A stretch of 51,818 nucleotides of DNA from Bacteroidota bacterium (GTDB lineage Bacteria > Bacteroidota > Ignavibacteria > Palsa-1295): contig JAKAIL010000001.1 in NCBI GenBank assembly GCA_021825235.1, forward strand, positions 1 to 51,818, given 5' to 3'. Under the pieces are notes generated by a model. That model was not told the DNA's origin. It did no database searches and was given only the letters and a program-made list of their open reading frames with translations. Below, in pieces: positions 29,098-38,313 of the stretch (the first letter of the stretch is position 1; every line of letters begins with the position of its first letter). Position numbers and translations under genes: made by a program.

Positions 29098-29443
29098 CAA
29101 CCATCATTCCTTTAGTTCCGTTGGGAACTCGACCTACTTCCCGGAAGTACTAATAGTTCCGATGCCTATTGCTCCCGAAATGCTTAGCTTCGACCACCCG
29201 GAGTACCCCTCTCGGTATGAAAAATCGTTCATTCTTAAAATTGGCCTTAATCGCTCAATTTAGGCATTGTGAAAAGTAATACCGTTTTCATCCACATTGC
29301 CATGTGGATAACTATTATGTACTATATGTTTTAGAATCGGCACATTCTACGTCAAAATCGCAAAATAATATAATTTTATCAACAATCGGAAACTAAATGT
29401 GAAATAAATTGTTCATTTTTATCATGAAATTCATCATTATAAA

Positions 29444-30145
29444 ATGAATACAGACACTACGCCGGGAATCAGTCTCACCACAAAAGCCTGGGTCTCGCTC
29501 GTCCTTATGGCTATCGTCATGGGGCTGCTTATTTTCGTTCCAGCCGGAACGACGAACTATTGGCAGGCATGGGTCTTCCTCGCCGTTTTTTTTCTGGCGG
29601 GAGCATTACACACCGGTTATGCTATCAGGCACGATCCCGCCTTGCTGAAACGCCGTATGTCCGGCGGACCAACGGCTGAAAAGGAAATGGCCCAGAAGAT
29701 TATCATGCTGTTTGCTACGATTGGATTTATTGGGATGCTTTTGCTTCCCGCGCTCGATCGGCGATTTGGATGGTCCGCGGGCGTACCGGTTGTGCTTGTC
29801 ATTGCCGGCGATCTGCTCATTGCAGTCGGATTCTACATGATCTCCTTTGTCTTCCGGGCGAATTCGTTTGCGGCGGCAACGATCCAGGTGGAGGAAGGGC
29901 AGAAAGTAATCACAACCGGACCGTATGCCATCGTTCGTCATCCGATGTATTCCGGCGCACTGCTCTATTGTATTGGTATCCCGCTTGCGCTGGGATCATA
30001 CTGGGGCTTCGCTCCACTTGCAATGATGTTCGGTTTTATCATCTGGCGCCTCTTCGACGAAGAGCGCCTCCTCCGCAAAAACCTTCCCGGCTACGCGGAG
30101 TATTGCGCAAAGGTCAAATGGCGGCTGGTGCCGGGGGTGTTTTGA
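29444..30145 (+). CDS. Isoprenylcysteine carboxyl methyltransferase (ICMT/PEMT) family membrane protein
   Basis: GPYAIVRHPMYSG, EERLL, YAEYCAKVKWRLVPGVF. Confidence 0.9.
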   Translation: MNTDTTPGISLTTKAWVSLVLMAIVMGLLIFVPAGTTNYWQAWVFLAVFFLAGALHTGYAIRHDPALLKRRMSGGPTAEKEMAQKIIMLFATIGFIGMLLLPALDRRFGWSAGVPVVLVIAGDLLIAVGFYMISFVFRANSFAAATIQVEEGQKVITTGPYAIVRHPMYSGALLYCIGIPLALGSYWGFAPLAMMFGFIIWRLFDEERLLRKNLPGYAEYCAKVKWRLVPGVF

Positions 30146-30194
30146 GTCGCGGAATATCCGGCACGAAGGAACATACCATTCCGTTCCATAAATC

Positions 30195-30515
30195 ATGCAA
30201 ACCTACTCTATCGAAGCTGCACAAAACAATCTTGTTGTCCTGGCCCATTTAGCAGCGAAGGGACAGGAAGTCCTGCTAACGGAGAACAATAAGCCGATTG
30301 CGCGATTAGCTCCTCTGCGCGAAGACAATGCATTCAATCGCGAGGTTGAAAAGTTGCGGGCTTTTGCTCAATCTGTTCAACCGCAAGAACGCGGAATTCA
30401 GGAACGGCGATTCACCGCAGAGGAGATTGAACGCTATCAGAAGCGGGTCGAGGCACTGAGAGGATCGCTGACCGGAATTGACACTACGCTGGAGCGCGAC
30501 GAAGACAGAGTATGA
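30195..30515 (+). CDS. Phd/YefM-like antitoxin
   Basis: N-terminal YSIEAAQNNL...GQEVLLTENNKPIARL Phd pattern; overlaps vapC start by ATGA. Confidence 0.75.
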   Translation: MQTYSIEAAQNNLVVLAHLAAKGQEVLLTENNKPIARLAPLREDNAFNREVEKLRAFAQSVQPQERGIQERRFTAEEIERYQKRVEALRGSLTGIDTTLERDEDRV

Positions 30516-30895
30516 ACGTTGTCGATTCCTCCGCCTGGCTGGAGTACTTCGCGAACACCACTCTCGCTTCGACTTTTGCAGAGCCGATTAAAGACCTCGC
30601 GAATTTAATCGTTCCTTCGATCACAATCGTTGAAGTACACAAAAAAGCGTGGGCACGGCATGGGCTAAAACATGCTAATGAGTGTACTGAATTAATGCTT
30701 ACGGGCCGCCTCGTCTCGCTTGATCTTCCGGTTGCCCTCGACGCATCCGCCGTTGTGCGCCAGTATGAACTGCCGATGGCCGACAGCATCGTGTATGCAA
30801 CAGCCCGGCTCAACGATGCCACAACCTGGACTTGCGATTTCGACTTCAAGGACTTGCCAAACGTCCGCTATTTCGATAAGCGCGGGGGGCGGTAA
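30512..30895 (+). CDS. vapC: VapC/PIN-domain toxin
   Basis: VVDSSAWLEYF, VPSITIVEV, LPMADSIVYATA, WTCDFDF acidic PIN motifs. Confidence 0.9.
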   Translation: MNVVDSSAWLEYFANTTLASTFAEPIKDLANLIVPSITIVEVHKKAWARHGLKHANECTELMLTGRLVSLDLPVALDASAVVRQYELPMADSIVYATARLNDATTWTCDFDFKDLPNVRYFDKRGGR

Positions 30896-30904
30896 CCGCT
30901 TCAC

Positions 30905-30953
30905 GCTACGCGGAATATTGCGAAAAAGTCAAGTGGCGGCTGGTACCGGGGGT
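30905..30953 (+). repeat. Diverged direct copy of the ICMT gene 3' end (first copy 30090..30138)
   Basis: 44/49 nt identical by manual alignment. Confidence 0.9.
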
Positions 30954-31053
30954 TCAGCGAGTGGTGCTTTCGCTAGTGCGGTAGGCACACAATAAGCGTG
31001 CGGGATAACCGTCTGTAGCTCAGAGGATGCCCATTGCATTCTCAGACTAAACT

Positions 31054-31290
31054 ATGTGCTTCCATCCATTTTACTTCCCGTGGTTTGGGATATTCGCAAT
31101 TTTATTCCTTATTCTAATCTTTTTCCGTCGTCCGTGGTGGCACCGGCATGGGTGGCACGGAGGTCCGTGGCCCGGAGCTACGTGGGAGAAATCGCCGGAG
31201 GGGATTCTCGCCGAACGCTTCGCCAAAGGCGAAATCGACGAGAAGGAGTATAACGAGCGAATGGTCGTGCTGAAGGCGCGGAAACCGTAA
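31054..31290 (+). CDS. SHOCT-domain membrane protein
   Basis: TM helix, then ILAERFAKGEIDEKEYNER. Confidence 0.85.
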   Translation: MCFHPFYFPWFGIFAILFLILIFFRRPWWHRHGWHGGPWPGATWEKSPEGILAERFAKGEIDEKEYNERMVVLKARKP

Positions 31291-31298
31291 GCTGGAGC

Positions 31299-31529
31299 TT
31301 ACGCAGAGGCACCGATACTGCGGGCATGGAGAATTTCAGCGGCAATGGGACGAACATCGGCAGGCCGCAGCGTAAGCACCGCAATGGTTTTGCCGAGTCC
31401 GGTCATGAACTCGACTTCGTACGCAGCTTCTCCTGGATAGACATGGACGACCGTTCCGACATCCCCGGCAACAAGGGAATGTTCGGAGATGCTATGGGTA
31501 AGCACGACTAAGGATAATTCCTTTATCAT
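31299..31529 (-). CDS. DUF4926 domain protein
   Basis: IKELSLVVL...GDVGTVVHVY...AYEVEF...GKTIAVLTL. Confidence 0.85.
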   Translation of the reverse strand: MIKELSLVVLTHSISEHSLVAGDVGTVVHVYPGEAAYEVEFMTGLGKTIAVLTLRPADVRPIAAEILHARSIGASA

Positions 31530-31867
31530 AATGGATATGCGGTTATGAAACGTGGCGCGGTAGTTCCATAGTCTATAACCCAGATGGTACGCAATGGAAT
31601 TCCGGGTTTCGGACCATTGGAAAGCGTGCCTTCAACCACGTATTTTTCTCCACATTCAATACTTTCCGTTTTGGTGAGAATTCCATCACGAGCTATGCGT
31701 AAGAGCTCACTACGCAAGGCTTCGGCATTTACAAGGGAATAGCCAATTGAATCAAAAAAAGCCGCCTTTGGTCCGCCCTCCGGATGAGACGGAGAAAGGA
31801 GATAATTCAGAAGCTTGGCATCGGGAATGTATGCAGCGCGAGAGTTCGGAAGTTTTGGGTCTGCCAT
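31526..31867 (-). CDS. DUF6883 domain protein (putative toxin/nuclease)
   Basis: KLPNSRAAYIPDAKLLNYLLSPSHPEGGPKAAFF...TIWVID...PRFITAYP; 4-nt overlap with the DUF4926 gene. Confidence 0.8.
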   Translation of the reverse strand: MADPKLPNSRAAYIPDAKLLNYLLSPSHPEGGPKAAFFDSIGYSLVNAEALRSELLRIARDGILTKTESIECGEKYVVEGTLSNGPKPGIPLRTIWVIDYGTTAPRFITAYPL

Positions 31868-31925
31868 TCCGAAATCAAACATCAAGCCGAGCAATAGTTA
31901 TTCCGGCAATAATTCACGAGCAAGC

Positions 31926-32348
31926 TTAGATATTATTCGCAGCCTGAGGAAACCATATTATTTCCCACAAGTGGCCATCGGGATCCTGAAAATATCCGTG
32001 ACAGCCGCCCCAGAAGGCCTCTTGTGCCGGCTTGGTAATTTTGGCTCCGGCTTTTCGGGCAGTCTCCATGACGGCCTCGACCTCTTCTTTGCTGCCTACC
32101 ATATACCCGATGGAAAATTCTGTGGCAGCGGAGGGTTGCTTCGGAACCATGGCATCCCACGCGAGATTTTCGCGCTCGTACAGGGCTAACTGCATTCCAT
32201 GGGGCAGATCGAAAAATGCAACCGCTCCATGTTCGAATTCCTTCCCAACGATCCCCTTCGATTTCCAGCCGAGCCCCTCATGGTAAAATTCGAAGGCCCG
32301 TTCGAGATCGTCAACGCCGAGGGTGAGCATGCTAAAGTTCTGTTCCAT
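31926..32348 (-). CDS. VOC (glyoxalase/bleomycin resistance) family protein
   Basis: LTLGVDDLERAFEFY, KPAQEAFWGG, YFQDPDGHLWEI. Confidence 0.9.
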   Translation of the reverse strand: MEQNFSMLTLGVDDLERAFEFYHEGLGWKSKGIVGKEFEHGAVAFFDLPHGMQLALYERENLAWDAMVPKQPSAATEFSIGYMVGSKEEVEAVMETARKAGAKITKPAQEAFWGGCHGYFQDPDGHLWEIIWFPQAANNI

Positions 32349-32500
32349 AATTCTAAAATGCAGATGATTTGGATTACGTCCGAGCGAGTTACGAAACAAC
32401 AGCAACATAAAACGGGCCTGCTCGTTTGGCACAATTCGAGGACGAAAGCAGAGTTAAGAGCGTTTAGGGGTCTGTCGCAAACTTTTGTCGAATTAAAAAG

Positions 32501-33157
32501 ATGTCTAAAGTACGAGTACACGCATTTTCTCTATCGATCGATGGCTACGGAGCAGGACCTAAGCAGGATATTGATAATCCTCTCGGTATCGGCGGATTGG
32601 GATTGCACAGTTGGATTTTCGAAACGCGAACATTCCAGGAGATGATTGGAAAGAATGGTGGTGCTACAGGAACGGACGACGATTTTATGAAACGAGGCTT
32701 CGCAAATATCGGAGCCTCGATTCTGGGCCGCAATATGTTCGGGCCGATCCGCGGTCCCTGGCCAAACGACGAATGGAAAGGCTGGTGGGGTAAGAATCCG
32801 CCCTTTCATAGCGATGTGTTCGTGCTGACGCATCACGCTCGACCATCCGAAAAGATGGAAGGCGGCACTACTTTCCACTTCGTTACCGATGGCATCCATG
32901 CGGCACTGGAACGCGCAAAGAAAGCGGCAGATGGCAAAGATGTACGTATCGGGGGTGGTGCGGAAACAATTCGTCAGTACCTACAAGCAGGCCTCATCGA
33001 TGAAATGCATCTTGCCATTTCGCCGGTGCTGCTTGGTTCCGGCGAGCATCTGCTATACGGGATTGATCTGCCAGCGCTGGGATATAAATGCACGGAAAAC
33101 GTTCCGACGAGTGCAGCGACGCATGTGGTTATTAGCAAGCGCCCGGGAGCAAATTAA
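32501..33157 (+). CDS. Dihydrofolate reductase family protein (RibD C-terminal-like)
   Basis: SLSIDGYGAGP, ILGRNMFGP, GGGAETIRQYL, PVLLGSGE. Confidence 0.9.
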   Translation: MSKVRVHAFSLSIDGYGAGPKQDIDNPLGIGGLGLHSWIFETRTFQEMIGKNGGATGTDDDFMKRGFANIGASILGRNMFGPIRGPWPNDEWKGWWGKNPPFHSDVFVLTHHARPSEKMEGGTTFHFVTDGIHAALERAKKAADGKDVRIGGGAETIRQYLQAGLIDEMHLAISPVLLGSGEHLLYGIDLPALGYKCTENVPTSAATHVVISKRPGAN

Positions 33158-33205
33158 TTACGAATATAGTGTCCGGCAAGTGGACTGGAAAATATCGAAA
33201 TTACA

Positions 33206-34276
33206 ATGAGAGACGAGCTTAAAAAACTGACGATCGAGCAGCGTAATGCCGATCCAGAATTTACGATCGATCCGGGGTTCATAAATTACCGTTACTGTTT
33301 CAGTGTCTTCGGGACAGGTTTCTTAAATGCTTTCAACAATATTCGGCATCAAAATGACGATTGGTTAGCAAAGCGGGCCAACGATCATTATATTACACGG
33401 ATGATACTTGCGACGTGTAGGAACCAATCTTTTCCTACCTTGAGTCTTGCTTTGCAGAACCCCTTGGTTGGCCAAATCATCTGTGGAATCGAGGCATTGG
33501 AAGGCACGGAAGAAGTTTATACGTCCGAATCAAGTTTTTATAATCGAGTAGTTCTTCCTTTCGAGTATGACCGTGAGGTTAAGTTATTTATTAACCCTAA
33601 CTATTTTGTTGCTGATACTGGTAAATCGGAACAAGCTCATCCAGGTGAAGTTGCGATAATCGCTCGAATTGAAAAAGTAATTCCTGAAGTAATATTGAAG
33701 CCCTTAGTTATGGGCGGTCCGATGCTCGATCCGAATAATGAGATGTCAGAGCAAATGGGATTATCTGCAGGGTATATGTGGTATGGTCCAATTTTTTTTG
33801 AGACGATGATGGAAAATATTGACGAGTTTTCTAAGGTTCGAGGGGTAGCTGATTACCCGCGTGACGAGTGGACTTCTATAATGAGCGCATTAGCGGAAGA
33901 GAAAGTAAAGACTGCAGTTGCTGAAATCCTTGGGGATGAAGTTAAGAAAGATTGGGGAGGAGAACAGAACGATCATTTTTCCGCCCGTGTGCATCTTTCC
34001 GGCAAAAAACATACAGCGGCTTTTGCTTTTAAAGGTCCTGGAAGCGGATTCTCCGAAATGACGCTAAAACATTTAGGAAAGAATCAAGATCAAATCATTA
34101 GGCTTGCAAATTCTGAGACAGATCTATTGGTGGTTCAACATTGTCATGACATTGGCGAAAATGTGAGAACAACCTTACGTCACTTCGCTGTGACGTTTAC
34201 TCGCCAGCGTAGATATTGCTGTATGGATGGCCAGGAAACGTATAAGCTGCTTAAAACCTACGGAAAACTTAAATAA
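33206..34276 (+). CDS. AT-rich hypothetical protein with putative C-terminal restriction-endonuclease-like domain
   Basis: 356-aa ORF visibly AT-richer than its flanks; C-terminal E..VK...KDWGGEQND...AFAFKG...GKNQDQI. Fold is inferred. Confidence 0.6.
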   Translation: MRDELKKLTIEQRNADPEFTIDPGFINYRYCFSVFGTGFLNAFNNIRHQNDDWLAKRANDHYITRMILATCRNQSFPTLSLALQNPLVGQIICGIEALEGTEEVYTSESSFYNRVVLPFEYDREVKLFINPNYFVADTGKSEQAHPGEVAIIARIEKVIPEVILKPLVMGGPMLDPNNEMSEQMGLSAGYMWYGPIFFETMMENIDEFSKVRGVADYPRDEWTSIMSALAEEKVKTAVAEILGDEVKKDWGGEQNDHFSARVHLSGKKHTAAFAFKGPGSGFSEMTLKHLGKNQDQIIRLANSETDLLVVQHCHDIGENVRTTLRHFAVTFTRQRRYCCMDGQETYKLLKTYGKLK

Positions 34277-34310
34277 TATGATCACTATCCTTTTTTAGTA
34301 TGTATAACGA

Positions 34311-35276
34311 TCATGCATACTTGTTCCGATAATCCAGCGGTGATAACCCCGTAATCTTCTTGAACGTGGTACGAAACGCTTTCGTATCGGTGTAGCCTAC
34401 ATCGTACATCACTTCGGCGACTTGCTTGCGGTTGTGCTCCAGGCTCTTCTTCGCGGCTTCGATCTTCACGCGCTGCACATATTCGACAACGGTGTTCGAT
34501 GTCGCCTTCTTGAAACGGCGTTCGAATGTCCGGCGGCCCATCGCGACCATTTCGGCCAACTGTTCCACCGTTATCCGCTTCTCGTAATTCGATTCGATAA
34601 AAGCCTGCGCTTCCTTGATCGGATCGTCCTCATGGTCCTTCTGTCCCGCAAAAATCGTGAACGGTGACTGCGTATCGCGGTCAATCTCGATCTCGTAAAT
34701 TTTTGCGCAAGTGACGGCGACCTCCCGACCCGCATATTTCTCGATCAGATAAATAACTAAGTTCCAAAAGGAATTCGCGCCACCGCTCGAATACACGCCG
34801 CGTTCATCCGTAATAATTTTTTCCGAGACGAGATTGATGTCGGGAAACAGTTTCCGGAAATCGTTCTGGAACATCCAGTGCGTGGCGCATTTCTTCCCTT
34901 CCAGAAGTCCGGTAGCGGCCAGCAGGAACGTTCCCACACACAAGCTCGCCACTTCAGCGCCACGTTTGTATTGGTCCACGATCCAAGGGAAGAACTCGCG
35001 GTTAAGTGCGATCACATCATTCCACTCGCCATTCACGGCAGGAATGATGACGAGATCGGCCGCATAGTCATCGTGGATCGTAAAGTCCGGCTTGATGCTG
35101 ATGAACCGGTCGTACGCCTGCGGTTCTTGTGTCAAACCGATCAGTTTTAATTCGAAAATTGGCGGCCTGCCCACACCGGCGAGCACTTCATTCGCTCTCG
35201 TGAAGCCAATATAGGAACCTTCAATGCACCCGACGCTGGCCGCCCCGCGCGGAACAAGAATTGCTATCTTTTTCAT
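34311..35276 (-). CDS. GlxA-family AraC transcriptional regulator (DJ-1/PfpI + HTH)
   Basis: ASLCVGTFLLAATGLL, ATHW; RRTFERRFKKAT and VGYTDTKAFR HTH motifs. Confidence 0.93.
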   Translation of the reverse strand: MKKIAILVPRGAASVGCIEGSYIGFTRANEVLAGVGRPPIFELKLIGLTQEPQAYDRFISIKPDFTIHDDYAADLVIIPAVNGEWNDVIALNREFFPWIVDQYKRGAEVASLCVGTFLLAATGLLEGKKCATHWMFQNDFRKLFPDINLVSEKIITDERGVYSSGGANSFWNLVIYLIEKYAGREVAVTCAKIYEIEIDRDTQSPFTIFAGQKDHEDDPIKEAQAFIESNYEKRITVEQLAEMVAMGRRTFERRFKKATSNTVVEYVQRVKIEAAKKSLEHNRKQVAEVMYDVGYTDTKAFRTTFKKITGLSPLDYRNKYA

Positions 35277-35347
35277 AACCTGGATTACGCTGAAAAAGCT
35301 GATTACGCTGAGTGGATATTTCTGTACTCTGATTATAACATTTTTCC

Positions 35348-35475
35348 GTCATTGCGAGGAGCCGAATTCGATCGAAGGGAGAATTTGGCGACGAAGCAAT
35401 CTCTCGTTTTCCGGCGAGGGATTGCTTCGTCAAAACAAAGCTCCCTTCGGTCGCCTTGTTTTTCCTCGCAATGAC
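35348..35475. repeat. Palindromic element resembling Rickettsia palindromic element (RPE)-type repeats
   Basis: GTCATTGCGAGG...GACGAAGCAATC ... GATTGCTTCGTC...CCTCGCAATGAC nested inverted repeats. Confidence 0.75.
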
Positions 35476-35628
35476 ATGACAATTCATGCTGTACCGGTAC
35501 AAAAATACGGAATTCTATTGTCGCAATCAACCCCTGAGAATGACGTTTTTGCGCCTCACTACCCCTAACCCCGGCAGCGTAATTTTGTATCCGTTAATTC
35601 AATCAGTCATTTGAAAGTCATTTCCAAC

Positions 35629-36075
35629 ATGAACCAAACGAGCTTTTCAACAGCTTTTTCAGTCGATCAGTCGCCGGAGCGGGTCTTCAGCGCAATAAAC
35701 CACGCACGCGGCTGGTGGTCTGGTTCGTTCGAAGGCGAGACCAATCGACTCGGAGCGGAGTTCAATTATCGCTATCGGGACGCACATTATTCCAGGCAGC
35801 GGGTTACCGAGTTCATTCCCGCAAAAAAGATTGTGTGGCATGTGACCGATAGCAACCTGACGTTTGTGGACCGGAAGCAGGAATGGACAGGAACCGACAT
35901 CATTTTCGAAATTTCGAAAAAAGGCGGAAGAACGGAATTGCGGTTTACTCATGCCGGCCTCGTGCCGGACTTCCAATGTTTCGACGCTTGCTCAAACGCA
36001 TGGAGCACGCTGGTTAGCCGCAACTTGCAAAATCTGATCATTACCGGCGAAGATCAACCTGACATATTTGCTTAA
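35629..36075 (+). CDS. SRPBCC domain protein
   Basis: SPERVFSAI...GWW, EWTGTDIIFEI, LRFTHAGL, CSNAW. Confidence 0.88.
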   Translation: MNQTSFSTAFSVDQSPERVFSAINHARGWWSGSFEGETNRLGAEFNYRYRDAHYSRQRVTEFIPAKKIVWHVTDSNLTFVDRKQEWTGTDIIFEISKKGGRTELRFTHAGLVPDFQCFDACSNAWSTLVSRNLQNLIITGEDQPDIFA

Positions 36076-36080
36076 AAAAG

Positions 36081-36569
36081 ATGAATCAAGAACCAGAATT
36101 CAGAGACCGGGCCGCCTTCCGCATTGTCGGGATCGAACGCTATACCGAAAGTGGCATTCCCGCCATCCGCGAAGCGTGGGCCGAATTCGGCCGCCGCGCG
36201 GGCGAAATCAAGCACGCCCTGAGCGATGCCGCATACGGCATCGAGGATTATTCCCGCCACTTCGATATGAATAAGGGCGGGTTCCCGAAATATTATTACA
36301 TTGCGGGGCTGGAAGTCGATTCGTTTGCGGATATTCCCGATGGAATGACCGGCAAAGAAATCCCCACCGGGCATTACGCCGTCTTCTCGTATAGCGGCCC
36401 GCTGGATGACCTTCACTCCTTTTTCAGTTACATCTATGCTGACTGGATGCCGCACTCGGGCTACTCGATGGATCTTCGGCTTTCGCTCGATTTCGAGTTC
36501 TACCCGGAACGCGTGATGGACATGCACGCCGCGAAGCTGGAGATTTGGGTCCCAGTCATTAAGGAGTAG
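36081..36569 (+). CDS. GyrI-like effector-binding protein
   Basis: FRIVGI, YYIAGLEV, IPTGHYAVFSY, IYADWMP, EIWVPV. Confidence 0.85.
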   Translation: MNQEPEFRDRAAFRIVGIERYTESGIPAIREAWAEFGRRAGEIKHALSDAAYGIEDYSRHFDMNKGGFPKYYYIAGLEVDSFADIPDGMTGKEIPTGHYAVFSYSGPLDDLHSFFSYIYADWMPHSGYSMDLRLSLDFEFYPERVMDMHAAKLEIWVPVIKE

Positions 36570-36611
36570 TTACAACGTCACAAACATTTAACACTAACCA
36601 AACACAGTATC

Positions 36612-37217
36612 ATGCGAAAACTTGTCGTTTTATCGTTTATATCCTTGGACGGCGTCATGCAGGCACCCGGAGGGCCGGAAGAAGACCGTGATGGCGGCTT
36701 CGCCTACGGCGGCTGGAGCGCGCACTATTGGGATGATTTTTCACATTCCATTATGCTCGAGCAGATGGATCACGATTTCGATCTTTTGCTTGGAAGAAAA
36801 ACGTTCGAAATCTTTGCAGGCTACTGGCCAACACATGGCGGTAACCCGATCGGCGATAGCCTTAATAAAGCAACGAAGTATGTTGCCACGCGCAGCCCGC
36901 TCACACTGGAGTGGGAGAAATCGTTCCGCATCGAAGGCGATTTCGCTGAAGGCGTGCGAAAAATAAAAGCGAGTAATGGCCTGGAACTACAGGTACACGG
37001 CAGCGGCAATATGATTCAAACGCTGCTCAAGAACGACCTCGTCGATGAGCTCTGGCTGAAGTTTCACCCACTGACGCTTGGCAATGGCAAGCGGCTGTTT
37101 GGGGAGGGTACGATTCCGGCGGCCTTCGAACTCACCAAAAGCGCCGTTTCGCCGAAAGGAATTATTTTCGCCAATTACCGTAGGAATGGAGAGGTAAAAA
37201 CAGGAAGTTTCGATTAA
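36612..37217 (+). CDS. Dihydrofolate reductase family protein (RibD C-terminal-like)
   Basis: SLDGVMQAPGGPEED, LLLGRKTFEIF, VHGSGN, LGNGKRLF. Confidence 0.92.
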   Translation: MRKLVVLSFISLDGVMQAPGGPEEDRDGGFAYGGWSAHYWDDFSHSIMLEQMDHDFDLLLGRKTFEIFAGYWPTHGGNPIGDSLNKATKYVATRSPLTLEWEKSFRIEGDFAEGVRKIKASNGLELQVHGSGNMIQTLLKNDLVDELWLKFHPLTLGNGKRLFGEGTIPAAFELTKSAVSPKGIIFANYRRNGEVKTGSFD

Positions 37218-37220
37218 CAC

Positions 37221-37275
37221 GTGTAGTGGGAAGCTCCCGCTTTCCACACTCGGAAGCTGGAGCTTCCGCGTACAC
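37221..37275. repeat. GTAG-type REP-like doublet (variant)
   Basis: GTGTAGTGGGAAGCTCCCGCTTTCCAC ... GGAAGCTGGAGCTTCCGCGTACAC; related half at ~45731. Confidence 0.55.
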
Positions 37276-37306
37276 GAAATCATTTCATTTAATCAATACG
37301 AACACG

Positions 37307-37699
37307 ATGAATCCAGTAGTACACTTCGAAATGCCAGCACAGGACCGCAAACGCATGGGCGATTTTTATGCGAACGTCTTTGGTTGGAACATTCAACACT
37401 TAGGACCCGAAATGATGGACTATGTTGTCGTGCACACGGCCGAAACGGACGAGAACAACATGGTAAAGCAACCCGGGGCCATCAACGGCGGGTTTTACCA
37501 GCGTACCGAAGATCCGGCTTTGAATGCGCCATCGGTCGTGATCTCGGTCAATAACATTCGCGACCATATCAAAAAGGTGACGGCTGCCGGCGGCAAAATC
37601 CTTGGGGATGTTATGCCTATTCCGGGAATTGGTGATTGGGTATCCTTCATCGATACCGAAGGGAACCGCGTCAGCATGTTGCAACCGAAAGGAATATAA
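37307..37699 (+). CDS. VOC family protein
   Basis: MNPVVHFEMPA, PGAINGGF, FIDTEGNRVSMLQ. Confidence 0.9.
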   Translation: MNPVVHFEMPAQDRKRMGDFYANVFGWNIQHLGPEMMDYVVVHTAETDENNMVKQPGAINGGFYQRTEDPALNAPSVVISVNNIRDHIKKVTAAGGKILGDVMPIPGIGDWVSFIDTEGNRVSMLQPKGI

Positions 37700-37742
37700 T
37701 TTTTCAATTTCGTCTAAACATTTATAGAAAGGATAAATCACC

Positions 37743-38162
37743 ATGCGATTCATGGTCATTGTAAAAGCAAATAAGGATTCCGAAGCCGGAGTGCTGCCCA
37801 CCACCGAGCAGTTCGCCGAAATGGGCAAATTCAACGAGGAACTCGTTAAAGCAGGAATCATGCTTGCCGGGGAAGGCCTCCAAGATACCTCGAAAGGAGC
37901 ACGCGTGAAATTTAACGGCAAAAACCGCGAAGTATCCCCAGGCCCATTTAAGCTGACGGGCGATACTATCGCCGGTTATTGGGTCTGGAACTGCAGCTCG
38001 CTCGATGAGGCCATCGAATGGCTGAAGCGAGCGCCTTTCCAGGATGGTGAAGTAGAAATCCGCCAGATCTTCCAAGCTGCCGATTTCGGCGATAGCTTCA
38101 CACCGGAACTTCAGGAGCAGGAAAAACGACTTGGGAAACAAATGGCCGAATACGCAGGATAA
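37743..38162 (+). CDS. YciI/DGPF family protein
   Basis: MRFMVIVKA, FNEELVKAGIMLAGEGL, PGPF, EAIEWLKRAP, EVEIRQ. Confidence 0.9.
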   Translation: MRFMVIVKANKDSEAGVLPTTEQFAEMGKFNEELVKAGIMLAGEGLQDTSKGARVKFNGKNREVSPGPFKLTGDTIAGYWVWNCSSLDEAIEWLKRAPFQDGEVEIRQIFQAADFGDSFTPELQEQEKRLGKQMAEYAG

Positions 38163-38313
38163 ATTTGCGAAGCATGTCGTCTTTCAGGTTTCCCGGACGT
38201 TCACGGCTCCTATACCGAGTCACCGAATTCCTATTGTTTGTCGATTCTATCGTTGCTTCAGTTATTTGGGGCTGCGATTAAACATCATTCTTGTCAACTA
38301 CACAATTCCAACC

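Noticed and set aside
29305..29335. dif-like site (ATTATGTACTATATGTT)
   Set aside because: Only partial resemblance to the XerD arm; no proper 11-6-11 XerC/XerD arrangement.
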